DNA of 64,000 nucleotides from Klebsormidium nitens. Lineage: Eukaryota > Plantae > Klebsormidiophyceae. Location of the stretch: positions 128,095-192,094 of the forward strand of contig DF237062.1 in NCBI GenBank assembly GCA_000708835.1, written 5' to 3'. The translations under genes were made by a program, and so were the position numbers. Of this stretch, positions 11,756-25,300 are shown one piece after another. Under the pieces are notes generated by a model. That model worked only from the letters and a program-made list of their open reading frames with translations, searched no databases and had not been told where the DNA came from. Numbering within the stretch: position 1 is the first letter of the stretch; each line of letters opens with the position of its first letter.

Positions 11756-14700
11756 ATGACTGAAAATCAGGAACCGCAACCAACCGCAAGCACGTCAGAA
11801 AAAGAAACGCCGTCAGGATTCATAGGCATTGCTGGAATCAGTGAAAGGAAGCTGGGCATCTTGAGGCAGGACCTTGAGTTTTACATTTTACAACCGCTTG
11901 ATCCGATGGATAGAAGATGGATGGAAAAACACGAGGGGACGGCAGGCGATGACGAACCACACCGGCGCATTGCAGTTGCGGTGAAGAACTCAGGTAAGAG
12001 TTCGACCAGGTTACCAGCTCAGTTGTGCTCTGGAATCCACTTCTAGTGGAATTGTCGAGGCTTGATTTTGCACGCATTGCGTGGTAAACTCGCTTTTAAG
12101 CGATTCATTGGTGGTTAACACCTTTAATCAAAAAATTCATTGTCTTTAAACCTTCTGCAGGGGGTTTAAAAGGCCCTTTTTTTGTAACTAGACCTTGCAT
12201 TTTGCAGATTCCTGCTTGCCAGTCTTTCTGGGAATAACATCTTTGCCACCAAAGCCTGTCCTATACAGAGTACAACCGATCGAGCTTTACCGATGTCGAT
12301 TTATCTCTGAGGCTGCTCCCTCCTCGGCTGCTTTTTCCTCTCTGCTTCATGATACACTGCCCATTTCATCAGATAGAAAACTCCAGTCTCATCACAGACG
12401 CACCTTATGCTGGGAATACTGTGAACCCAGCCTCAGCTCCACGGTCCTGAAAAGCCAAATACGCCACACAGTATACATCCAGGCAGTTCTGTCAGATTGA
12501 GCTCAGGGAGTTCTTTGCGTGCAGACCTGACTTTACAGAGCATTGAGCGGCTGCTGATCGAGCGGGCCACCCTTGAAGCTGAGCTGGCCGCCTGCAAGCA
12601 GCAGCTGCAGGAGAGACGGAGTGGGGAGGAGCCAAACGGGCGAAGGAGCGTGGGAGAGGTGTGGACGCGTAAAGCGCTTTCTTTCTTTCTTCCTTTTAGG
12701 GTCTTTCAGCCGCGGCTGGTTTATGAGAATTCTGGTTTTTGTCGTTCACGTTTTTGGAGCAAATGGCTGGTGCAGTGAATGTAGGGAGTTACGCAGTGTC
12801 GATAGACGCAAGCACGTGTTTCAGAAGGCGTTGGTTCGTGACGCTTGATGGCAAAGCAGGGACATGAGGTGAAATGTTCTTGGCTATTTCAACGCGGGGT
12901 TTTCAGATGGCAATATACCTTGCCAACCTGGTGCTGAGAAGTCGTGGCATGAGACGGCACGCTTCTGTCATTCACTGCCCTGCCCCCATCACTTAGCATA
13001 GCTATGCATTCCGTAGGTCAATTGAACAAGTGGAATTTCCTGAACATTCTGGGCCTCGGTTCATAGGAGCCCAAGAGTGGAGGCCGGTATGGCTGTTTGC
13101 ATTGACCTCTACCCTCTCTCTTTAGTCACAACCTTTGAGTGAACCAGTCTGTCGATAGTGTGATCCAATATACAGTTCTTACAAGCCTACGCCTTTCAAG
13201 AGAGGCCCCCTTGGCAGGAAGGTGTACATGAGACTAGGTAGCGGCAGCCCTGTTACGTCCTCCTAGAGCACCTTATCCAGATTTTACCTCCAATTGTTCT
13301 GCCTAGTTCCCTGGGGCTCAGTCTCGAGACTTTTCATCCCGACAGCAAACGTTCTCTGGTGCAGACAACAGCGCAACACTGGAAGAGGCGGGCAGAGGAT
13401 CTGCAGCTGGAAGTGCACGCGCTGAGGTGCGAAACTCGAGTCAAAGGACCCTGCAAACGTCTACACTGTATGTGTTGTATGTGTTGTTGTGCGTTTGTCC
13501 TTGAAAGAGGTCCGAAAGAGGAGTCCAAGGACCCTGCAAACGTATACCTACACTGTATCGGTTGTACGTGTTATGTATGTTGTGTGCATGCCCTTGTTGA
13601 GTGCTTAAAAGCTCTTTCATTGGTGTGCGCGCTTTGGTCGAGGCTACCTGTAAAACGAGCCTGGAAATGCCTTTGGCGCAGCGGACATTGGGACTCTGGT
13701 TGGCAGCGTCTTTGGACATCATCGAAAATCAGAGCTCTCTAGTCCTAGTTTAATTCCTAAAGCGTCTCCGGCCAAGCGGCTCGCCACCTCCAGCATTGGT
13801 CTCACCACTTTTCTATTCTGTCTTCCTTTATAGATCGCACGCTGCGGCGGCGGAGTCTTTGCGGGTCAGGAGTGAAGCGGCCGTTGAGAAATTGGCCCGC
13901 GACTATGCACAGGTGAGGATCCAGCTTGACCTTACATGCTATTGGTTCTTTGTGATCAAATGAAGCAGAGTGGTAATTAAATGGAGCCATCGATCGGCTT
14001 TTGAATGCGTAAACAGTCAATCAACGTCGGTTGACGCAGTGGTGCAAGGGACAACCGTCCGGCATTATCACTGATCGAGGCAGCAGCAATGACGAGCTCG
14101 TTTCATTATGCATCCTTTTGGCCAACGCTTTGCCCTAAGGTTTTTCAGCATCAACTAATGCCGCTGGCGGGCTGACCGACCGGAGTGACCGTCAAAAAAA
14201 CAGCAAAAGAGGCAAAACAGTCTACTTTTATCTCAATGCGACGATTCTGTTGAAGTGCTAGCCCGCCTTATCGTCCGGTTCTACAAGCAAGCTGCGTTGT
14301 GTACCGCCTATAAAGCCGTGCCGAATTTCTAGACTACGATTGCGGCTATTATGTCCATTATGCCATCATGCCTTTGTTTCTCGAATGCTCGTGTTCCCAT
14401 ACAAAAGAGAGCGGCTTTCCTTGGTGTTTCCACTTTCTGCGGGCTGCATTAGGGTTTTCACAGCGGTTGAATTCCCATGCAGGATTTCCGCCGGAACCCC
14501 GGTGGGGAGGACGATGCGGCAGCCCGGAAAGAGCAGCTACCGCCGCTCGAGAGGCGGCCGTCAGGCAAGCTCTATGTCTCACATTCTACAAGTCGTGATC
14601 GTTTCACATTTTGAGTCGTTTTCTGAAATTAGCTGCCCGTCCGTCTTAATGAAAGTATCACTGTTGTCTCAGCATTAAGCGAGTTTTCGTTTTCGGTGCG

Positions 14701-15407
14701 AACCGATTTCGTCAAAAGAAGCAGAAGGCTCTTGTCCGGAGCCGGGGTCACATGCGCATCTTGCCACGTTCTGGAGGAAAGCTCCGCTTCCCGCAAGTCT
14801 TCGGCAACGGGCATTGTGGTGGCGAAGGAGATGTTGCCTGATCCCTGCACTTCCGCCTGCAGGCTCGTTTTCCTCGGAGCGTCGCAACTCTATGCTTGGA
14901 GTTGACGGGTGAGTGCTAGTCCTTTGCCGGCCGCTTTTTATCGAGTCCTTTTCCAGCGACTGCTGTGATATTCCATTTGAACGCCACTTTGCCGCCTCGA
15001 TCTCCAGCTTTGATACTCGAGCTCTCGCTGGGGAGCTCTCTCACCTCCTCGCGAGCCGATAGTGTTGCATACGAATCGTTCGCATTCTATTTTGCGCGGC
15101 GAACGCGGACTCTCGTACATCCGTCTGTGGCTACAGCCTCCCTCAGTTGGAGTGTGCCACTAAGTAGTTTTCCATACGACATCCCTTTTCTGCGTAATCG
15201 AGTTCTGCGGTACAATTTCTGGACTTGATCATTGATGGGTTCGTCGATACCCGTCGAAAAGGACGCTTTTCGGACCGCAGGCTGCGTACGGACGAGGTCC
15301 TCAACAAGCTAGAGGCGGTCATTGACCAGCTGGCGTCCAGCAACATGCTGCTGGACAAGGTGACGTCACATCCGCAGGCCTTAACCCGGCCCATGAAGGC
15401 GGGATGA
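11756..15407 (+). CDS. Uncharacterised ~255-aa coiled-coil protein (5' end uncertain)
   Basis: Phase-consistent exons 11756-11993, 12525-12658, 13365-13426, 13834-13912, 14483-14564, 14863-14908 and 15281-15407 total 768 nt. Heptad-like segments include LQSIERLLIERATLEAELAACKQQLQE and WKRRAEDLQLEVHALR. The model needs a GC-AG intron at 14565-14862. Confidence 0.6.
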
Positions 15408-16390
15408 CGTTACCTGCTGCCCAGATCAAGCGCGCGCAAGCATATGCCGTTTACACATCGTATGTTGCATGGAGTCACCTAGAAATTGCCATGCTGGCAG
15501 AGGAATGGGGATAGATTCTGGTTGGAGTTTGCGAGGTCACGAGCCACGTGATGTACTTTATGTAACTTGTATTCTCCTTGACGCCCGTGCGCATAAGCGC
15601 TCGTGCTTATTACGTTAGGTCATGTTGGGGGAGGCTCGAAGTCGATGCCTATGAGCTGGAATAGAGAGCTGGTCGCATTTCAACAAGCTCACAGGACGTA
15701 CGTCAAAACCGTTTATTTCTAAAGGAGACTCCAAACGCTGCATGATAGTTTAAAGTCACCCTAATACGATCATTGTTGCTTCATCTGAGCTCCTTGCCTT
15801 GCGCCCAGCAATATTCGTGCTTGCCGCAAATTGCGCCAAAAACTTGAAAGAGTCAAACGACGAGCTCATACAGGCGGCAGCTGGGTACACATGCTTCACA
15901 CACGTCCATGTATATTAGGGCCGCCCACGCGCATGCATAATTAGATGTTAGATACTTTGCATGATATACGCGGCCAATCACTAAACTACCGCATGAGTGG
16001 CCGCCTCAAATACACACGCGAGTATACACGCACGGGCCTCTCTCAAACGGTGTTGCTTTTGTGACGGCAGCACTTTATGTACAATACGTAGTATGCCACT
16101 GCGTGATAGATACACAAGAGCAAGCCGAGCAAATGAGGCCCACATAATCTTGCATGCAAATCTTTATAGCCCGGAGGCGCATGGGCTCCTAACGTGGATA
16201 CAGCCATCATGAAAGCTGCCATGATATGAAAAGAAGTCATGCCTTCCCATCCCAAACGCTTTTATTCCGTAAAAGATTTCTGGAGGTAAGCTGCGCGCTT
16301 CGACTAAAAGGAGACACGACAAACCCTTTGATAATGTCGGGTTGGCGGCATAGAAGCTGAGGAAGCCGCCTTTAGAAACTAGCAACTTTG

Positions 16391-19300
16391 CTAGGGCGGG
16401 GGCTGGTTTCCAAAGCGGTGAAGCATAAATGTATCCAAGTCTTTCGGCTTCCCGACCATGCTTGGCATAATCGGCAGGATAGAGATACCCTCCAACAGAT
16501 GCTTGACGTCCCTGTACAACCTGCGACAGTCAAAGCGATGTTCAGTCTCTTGAAATTCCTGCTTTGTTCATGTAGTCAATGTGTGCTTGGATTGGGATGC
16601 AATAACCGAACTGCAGTCGAAGTTGGCTTCACGAGAGACGTTTCAGTACATATTGCGGAACAGGTTCTCGGTTGACTTCCCACCTTCGCTTAGCAGGCGG
16701 AGTGCTTGCGTCGACCTTCGAGAATGCTTCCGTCAGCTGCGTGTGGAAAAGGATAACAACACGCCTGCAAAAGGAGTAGCAACATATTGGGTATAGTATT
16801 TTGGAATAAAAACTCCTGACAACACAAAGCGCTGCCTTTAAAGAGGCCACAAAGAACAGGTCGGGCGCCAATGTGGAACAGGATAGCCGTACAAATGATC
16901 TGCTTGATCTGTATCACAACGTTGCAGAATACGAGGCTTGAGTGGAGGCACGAGGCCGCATAAGCCGGTCATGAAGCCAACCTCAGACGGCTTGGCAGCT
17001 TTTAAGAGGCCGCTAGGCTTTAGCGGATGTTACGCTAGCAAGGAGAGGAGCTTCAACAGAACACTCACGTAAAGATGGACCGCAGCTCAGCATCGGTAAG
17101 GAAGGGTAGAAGAACCTTGTAAAGAATACCGACTTCCTGCAGTCGGACGAGGGAAGAGGTTAAAGACCTCGAAAGGACGACTTCGTCGTGGGTCTTGCTA
17201 CGACCTTGTAAATCTGCTTCAGCATTCATCACGGGCTTTTTTGCATGGGTTCCGACAGCCCATGCGTTTGATGGGCACCTAGTCCAAAACGACCAGCTGA
17301 GAACCGTGCACACAGGCAGAACGGGCTTGTCAGCACAATTCAACGCAGCGGAGAGTGCAAGGCTCAAGTAATCGAAACCCACCGAAAGGTGAGTTTGCCG
17401 CCCTAGCTTGCAAGCAACATCATCCCAACAACACGACCTGAGGCAGTGTCCGTTCAAATAGTACTCCTCTTACGGAGACCCGCAGCCAGACACAAACTTC
17501 TTTCCACAGGGCACTCGAGAATCTCACGGGACATCGTGTAAAGTTTTAGTTTGGTAATCTGTTTATTTCTGTTACTTGTTTACCACTTACCCTGCCTTCG
17601 GTTTGTCGATGCAAAACGGGTTGTCTATCTGGTTTCCGTAGCACTCTAATGATGGAAGGTTCGGGTTTTTTTTTCCTTTTCTTTTCTTTTCCTTCTCTTT
17701 TCCTTCTCTTTTCCCCCCGAAGTAAAAGGCTATGCAGAACGGGATGTCCATTCATGCAAAACTGGGTATTTTTTGGCGGGCCCGTCCAGACACACCGTCT
17801 GAGACAAAACTCGTGAAAGCGAGGGAGTGACTCACCCGCGCAAGGTCCGTGGCAAACTTGCTGGGCTCGGCGTCCCTGTCGTCCGGTTTGCTCCAGTGCT
17901 CCGCCAACTGTGGAAGAACTTTTAGATGCACCTGCAGCCATGTGGCGACTTTCAAGGAACGGATTCGAAAGCGAGCAAACGGGACTTTGCGAACCTGGGA
18001 ACTTAGAAGCTCCGGAGAAAAGACTGCTCGCCTAGGCAGACTCGGACGAGCTTATAGTCAAGACCATAGCCCGAGTCTTTCTCCGTGGGCTGTGCGGTGC
18101 TGTTCGCTGCCTGATGCAAAGCACAGTCTGCAAGTCTGCGAATCTATTGGAAGGACGAATCATAAGCACAGAGGAGTGAGCGAAGATGAGTCGATATAAA
18201 GGCGAGACGGGGACAAGGGACCTCTCTTCCACACCAAACAACCTTCCCTTCCCTAAGGATTTCAATGTGAATCGGCCGGCAAGCTTCGTGCACAATTGCG
18301 CAGTCCTCAAAACGTATTGCACCGCGTCTTAACTGGTAGTCTATGCCCCGCAGTCACAGGTGAACCGGAGCAGTCCGGTAAACGTGCAGCGATCGAGTCA
18401 CATAGTCCGTGCAAGCAATTTGGCAACTCTAACGAGGCGTCACAGCGCAGTCTGCTTAAAAGAAAAGCCCAGAGGACGGGTGGGGTTGGCCCGGTGGTTA
18501 GGGTGGGTTGGGTTGCGGAGCCCGTGGGTTTAGCATTCGGTTTATCTCATTGTTTGCTCGGGGCCTACAATTCATAGAGCACACTTCTGTTGGGCCACAT
18601 GACATCCACTCGGGTCTTGCAACGGAATAGCGAAAAGCGCCGTATCTGTAGCCGCTTACGCACTATGGCCGGGATCGCATAGATATTAGAACCGGTATTT
18701 GACTAATTTGCTCGGGATCTATGTTTTGTAGGGCACGTGGCTGTTCGGGAACATAAAGATTCACAGGTCGTGCCACGAAATGACGGAACGTGCCGTACCT
18801 GTAGCCGCTCGCGCATGATGGCCACCAGCTTCGAGTGGATCTCGTCGCGGTGCACGCGGTAGTCGTTCACGACGCGGTCCACTTCGGACAGCAGCAGCGC
18901 CTTACGGGCGTCCGGGATGTGGGCGGACAGCAGCCGCCGGATATCTGGACGACCCAGCAAGTGGTTCCGTTTAGTAGACCCAACCCTTCGATAGACCTGG
19001 CTCGATTCTAAGACCAAAAGACTACAGGAGACCACCCCGGACAGTAGAAGCGCCTTGCGGGCGTCCGGAATGTGCGTGGACAGCAGCCGTCGGATATTTG
19101 GACGACCAAGCAAGTGCTTCCGTTGGTAAACTCAAATTTCCGGTACACCTGACTCGATTTTTATATCAAAGACCAGAAAACCTGATGTGAAAGAGGGCCC
19201 GAGATGCAAAAACACGAGATCGGCCGATTGGGGGCAGCAAAATGAGAATGGTCGTCCTGTATTTCAAGCAAGGAATGATTCACTGGTTCTCTATCAGAGA

Positions 19301-22300
19301 GATCGACATAAGACAGGACCTGCAGTTCATCATACTCAATGCAGCATATAAGGAGGCAATGCAGGAAAACGAGTCATCGCCAGAGCGTTACAGGACAGAG
19401 TGAAAGTTTGCACGGCGAGAAGCTCACCAGGAATGAGGGCTATGTACAGGCTGATACCTTGGCTGGCCGTCGCGAGATGTTTCGCAGTGATCGACTTGAG
19501 GCCGGAGACCTGCAAAGACAGCCAACAGAGCCTTCAACAGGGGGAGACATCAAAAAGCTCCACGGAATTTGACCCCCCTTCCAGGCATGCCCGCCCACCT
19601 GCATGGGCCAAAGTAGAAACGAAACGCTGGCTACACGCCTTTTCGCTCTAATAACTTTCCAACACCAACAATTTCTGCAGTTCGTAAACCCTAAGTACTC
19701 TTACCCTGAGAATCAGGGATCTTACACACCGGGGATTTCCGCCCCCCTGCATGACCCAAAGTATAAACGAAACGCTGGCTGACTTCCTTCGCTCTGATAA
19801 AATTCCATTACCCGACAACTTTTGCCAAATTACAAACGCTAAAAACTCTTATCCTTGAAGTACCCTAGTTTCTACACCTGAAAGCTCCCGCCCACCTGCA
19901 TGGCCCCGGCCCCGAGCACCAGCTGGCAGCTCCGGCTGTTGAACAGCTTCAGGATCTCCGCGACCCGATGCACCACCTCCGTCGCCATCGCCGGCAGCTG
20001 CTCCGCGACGTCCAGATACTCCGTCAGAATCTTCATTAGCATCAGGGAGCTTTGCACCGCCGCAAACTCCTGCCCCCGCACCACGATCGGCTTTGTCCGA
20101 GGCCGCGGCCGCCGTTTTGCCGCTGGCGGGGGTCGCGGCGCCTCGGGAACCGCCCCCCGCCTGACGTGGACTCGGACTGGGGGGGTCGAGCGGCCTCGGA
20201 AACCGACCCCCCGGGTTCGGACGCGGCAGTTTCGGTGACGTCCGTTTCGGACGGCGTCCGCGAGAGCGCGCCGAAGCTGCTGTGCCGGCTAAGGGATCCT
20301 TCCGGCAGGGAAGAACTAGGCGCGGGCTGCTCGTTCTCCGCGTCCCTCGCCGCCGGCTCGCCACCTGTCGCCTGCTCGTTGGCCGAGCCTTGCCCACCAT
20401 CTTGACTCTGCTCGACTTGCGATGATTCCGCTTCGCTCCCCGGCTTCGACGGCAACAGCTGTTCCGTTCCGTTTGCATACGACTCCCCGTTTACAACAGG
20501 CGGCACCGTTTGCTCCGCCGTTGTCGCGGCCCCGTTCTCCGCGTTGCCTTCCACAGACTCTTCGTCAGCGGCTTGCCCGTTTGCAGGATCCGGCTCGGCC
20601 ACGTGGGCTTCCTCCTCGTAAGTCCAGCTGTCGACGATTGCCTGGAACTCGTCCGGTGCATCGACGGCCGTCCAGTTCTCGGCGTCGAGGAGGGCCGTGA
20701 TCTTTGACATCTGCATAGAAACCAGAGTCGTCAGTAGCGGCAGCGAGGGTCCGTCCGCTTTATGAATGGATTGCAGGCGTCAGTTTACAGAAGGAGGACC
20801 TCTACAAAGTTTCTAGATCCAACAAAACGAAGTCGGCTAACAGATGTCCTACAAAGAAACTGGATTGCCGAAGGTCTTTTCAGCAAGAGTTGCAAAAGGA
20901 GACGCCGACGATCGACGTCTCAGTGGCGCTTAGTTCAAACTAATACAGCCTCAATGCCACGCTATCTCGAAGACAATTGGACAACGGCACATATCAATCA
21001 ACGAAGTACCTTATGAACATCAAGGTGAGTCGGTTTGACGAGCAAGCACGCTGTTTGTTTCGAGCTGTAGGCAAAAGAAAGCTCAGAAGACGGGTCGCTT
21101 ACTCGACTGCTGTGCTGTGCGTTGACGAAGTCCCGTGCTTGAGACTGGAGGGTGCCGCGGATCGCATACCCAGGGCGTCCTCCAACCTGCTCACACCAAC
21201 ACCAAGAGCATGGTCAAGACTGCTTTCAAAGAGGTCACGGCCTTCCTCTCTCCGACCAATAACGCATCCACTTCAGCCCCAGTAATCTCCGCCACGTGAA
21301 GTCAAATCGACCGCGGAATCGCCAGATGGAACGTGCTTTACTGAGATTCGTTTCGGTCTTTCGTCTTGACTTGTCTCCGCGTCTTTCTGTGGTTGACGTG
21401 CTCCTTATCACGGAACAGGCCTCGAGTGCAGTTGACGTCTCCTGTATGATGCAAACCGCCTTCAAGGCGGGACACTACATGGTTCTGCTAAGCCCACTGC
21501 TCGACTCCTCACCTTCTCCGTTGCAACGATGAAGTTCTGCGTGGCGATGTAAATGGCCACAAACTCGTGCAGCTTGAGCTTTGGATGGACTTGCACCCGC
21601 ACTCCCAGCAGCTTGGCCCACCGCCCGTGAGCAGCGTCGCACGCGGCGAAGATAGACTCCGAACTCTCCCGAAGCACCTCCATTCTGGACGACGAGGAAG
21701 TGGCAAAGAGAGTAAATCTCCTGAAGCAACGGCGAACTCCTAAGATGTTGCGAAACTGATTGCCTTTTGACGATGTTCGTCTCCAATACTGAACAACGAT
21801 CACTGTGTGAGCGAAGTACTGGCCAAAGCAAGGGGCGGGCGCTTCTAAACAAAACTGGGAAGCTCTGAGCTCGCCCAGCTCGCCCAGCCTGCTTAAATTT
21901 GCGAGGAGACCCAGCTTCACGCAACTTTCGCGGGCGTGGAAGGGGGACTATGATGTACTTAGTAGGGGCTTCATAGATTACGTGCTTACTTGAATTGCTT
22001 GGAGCCCGCATCGGCCGCATCGCTTCCTCGCTCCCCCTTCTTGGCAGAGCCGTTGGAGGAGCTGGCCAAGGCCGGGGCGTCGTCCAGACCGGTCATGACT
22101 TGCTCAATGACGGTCTTCACTTCGATTGCGCGTATCAACCGGACCTGCAAAAGGAAAGTAGAAGGACGGAACGGTTCACTTTCATAGCGCGTTCAATCGG
22201 ACCTGGAAAAAGAAAGTAGAAGGAGGGGATGGTTCGCCTCATAGCGTGTATCGAGTTGGACGTGGAAAGGGAAACGTCGATTAAAAGAATGGCTCGTTCG

Positions 22301-25300
22301 AATGGACGTGAGAAAGGAAGCAGTCGTGTGAACGTTACTTGACCTCAAGGCCTTGGGGAAACGGACACGAAAAAGCAAGTCAAAAGACTAAGAACAAAAA
22401 GCTCGAGGCCCAAGGCTTATGCTGATTCGATAGCCCAGGTCGGAAACCTCTGTGTATGCAAGAGGAAAGCAGTGCATCGATGATGAGTGCAAGCGGGATG
22501 CACACGAAAGCTTTACATAATGGTTCCCGATAAGCAGAGATAGTCGAACCACGCACCTCGACGATTTCGAAGACAGCCGACAGAAGCTTCACGAAGTTCT
22601 CGGCCGTCAGCGCTCTCAAGCGCGCCGCGAGCGTCAGCCCTTTTTCTGCACGTGGAAAGTTACGCGGCTCAACGAAAGATGTTGTGTCTGATCGGAGTAA
22701 CTCGGTCTAGATTTTCCATAAAAGCTGCTCGCAGACCTAGGGGCTAAGTGGGGCCATGAATCCAACAAATTCGATGCTCCTGCAGGGGGAAAATCGAAAT
22801 ACAACCCCGCCTTCTGGCTGTCGTTGATTGGGTGTGATCAAAATCCTCGCCAAGGGGAGAACCACATGCTGAAGGATGTGGTCAGCAGAGTGGACGTTAG
22901 GAAATTTGAAGTTGTGGCCTGGGTTCTTCAGCATTCTGCTGACAACCTTCTGCTTCCTACACAAACCCCGTAGAGGAACACCTCTAACACATGGTTTTCG
23001 TTCACTGTCTCCATTCTCCGTCTGCATCCTGGAACTCGCACGTGGATTGACGGTGCAAGGTTGACTGGCCTCAACCCTTGGTATCCTACTGAGTCGTATA
23101 CAGAGGCCGGAAGAAGAGGACATTTAGCGTCGGCCAGCAGTCTCACCGTCCCCATCCTCGTGCACGATCTCGCCGTTCCCCGGGCGCGCCCACATGATCG
23201 GCAGAACCTCAGCGACGACCACTTTGATGGACGCCTTGATGTCCGTCACCAGGACCTCGCGGTAGTCCCGCAATACAGGGGGGAGCCGCGCCTGGCGGAG
23301 AAAACAAACATTCGTGAGAACCTTTTACCACTTTCGAGAACTGGTGTCTCGAGATAAAGCAGGTGCAATCGGATTTACAGATGGCATTTCATCTGGATAA
23401 AGTGATCCACGATGAGCAAAACAACTTGTTGGCGAAGCAGATGCCGCTGTAAGGAGCGATGCAAGCTACAAATGAAAATGCACATCGGTGTTGGCAGCGC
23501 AACTGGGGGAGAACTGCGGTTGATGTGACTAGGCGCAAGCCGGATGCTCGGATGCTCGGTCAAAGATCCATTTTTCAAACAAAGTCTGTAGGTTTGTAAG
23601 TGAGGGCAGTAAGTACCAAGTACAGAAGGGCGCGCGTCCCCTTACCGTTCGGATGAGGCCAACTAGAAGCGGAAGCAGGGAGTCGCGGATCGACGCAATG
23701 TCCTCTGTGACTTGTTCCTCCGTGACCTGTATTACAGGTAGATATTGGAACGTTATAATGTCACAAGTATCATCCTCTTCATGACCAACACAATCTACCT
23801 CTTGTGGCGTAAGAGAGGGGCCACGGCCACGAATGTTAACCCCAAAACCGTTTCGATTGCTAGTTTCGTTCAATTACCACCTCTCACAGTGAAGACAACA
23901 TTGCCGAAAATACCACTTCGAAACACGATTCGAAGATTGCTTCAGTAAGAAGAAGCGCCACCCGGGGTCAAGTCACAAGCAACCTCAACAAACAGATTGG
24001 TCAAGCTGTGATGACCAGTACCTGAAATTGCATTGAAATACCACAGTTGCAGGCTTACCGCAGGCCTGCTTTCGCCTAGTTTTTCCCGGTTCTGGAAGCT
24101 CTCCAGAATCGCAGCGGGATCAAGATCTCCTGTCGCATGCACAGCGGCTCGTACAAAGTCCGCAGCCATTACGCTGTAAGCACACAAGCCTCATCATTAG
24201 ACTACTGCTGTGAAATGTTGCAAACAACAAAGAAACTGTGAGAAGTATCGAGATCTTTTTCCACGCTGAAAATCTACAAGTTCTAAACAGGCATACACCG
24301 CGTCTTCAATCTCTTGCCCGTGCTTCTGATTATTCGTCCAGCTGGAGGTGCATTGAACAATCCAGAACAAGCTCTGATACTGTGATCGTACTCAGAAAAG
24401 CTGAAGTGAAACCCCTGTTTTCCGAACTCAAACAAAGGGGCAGCGGAGACAAGCACGCTGGCACACCATTGCAAAACTTACGTGTTTACGGATTCGACCG
24501 ATGTGTCCAGCTCTTCCCCCAGTCGTCGGAAGCAGTGCAAACCGACCAACTCATCGCCTTCCTGCAACACACATTTGAGGTTCACTAAAGTTAGCTCAAC
24601 AACTGCAGACGCTTAAATGTCTGCAACTGCTTTCAGCCTCTGGGGTGTCAAATAGCGCCTGAAGACGCGCAAATGAAGCTGGTGACAAATCTTCTTGAAC
24701 CATCTAAAACAAGTCCACTGGCGGGTTTGAAGTGATCTGCCAGCTTCTCCGTGCTGAGAGGGGAGTCCTCATGTTACATGTCTTGCAGTGTCTGATGGAA
24801 ATATAACCAATATATTGGTCACTTCAATTCGTTTTAGATGGCAAAGCGCCAATTCACAACAGAACATGCTTGACAGGTGCTGACCAATGCAGTTTGCACC
24901 AATTTGCAAATGGTTGACTCCAAAAGTTTGGAAAGGGCACAGCGAAAGGGAAACCACAGCAGAAAACCAAACACAATATCTCACCAGCATTCTCCTCATG
25001 TCATCAATCACGTCGAGTGCAGTGGAGCAGTCCCCTGATGCCACCAACTGCAGAGTACAAAACACATCATCGACCACGTTGAGGAGCAACGCGCTAGCTA
25101 TATGTTATATCTATCTTCAGAACAGCCTCCAAGGCGGCCAGAATTGTATCTTATTCCCAACAGCATTCTACTTGGCGCCTACTAATTGTAGAGCAATGAT
25201 GCACCGTCGAAAGGGTGACTCACCAGCCGCAGAGTCGCCTGAGACTGATGCACGTGGTCTACGAGCTTCAGCTTCTGGTGCAGCTTCAACAGGTTATCCT

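Noticed and set aside
19849-20478. 209-aa ORF on the minus strand overlapping VPS54 exon 11
   Set aside because: This is the third-frame shadow of the GC-rich exon. The conserved VPS54 sequence lies in the other two frames.
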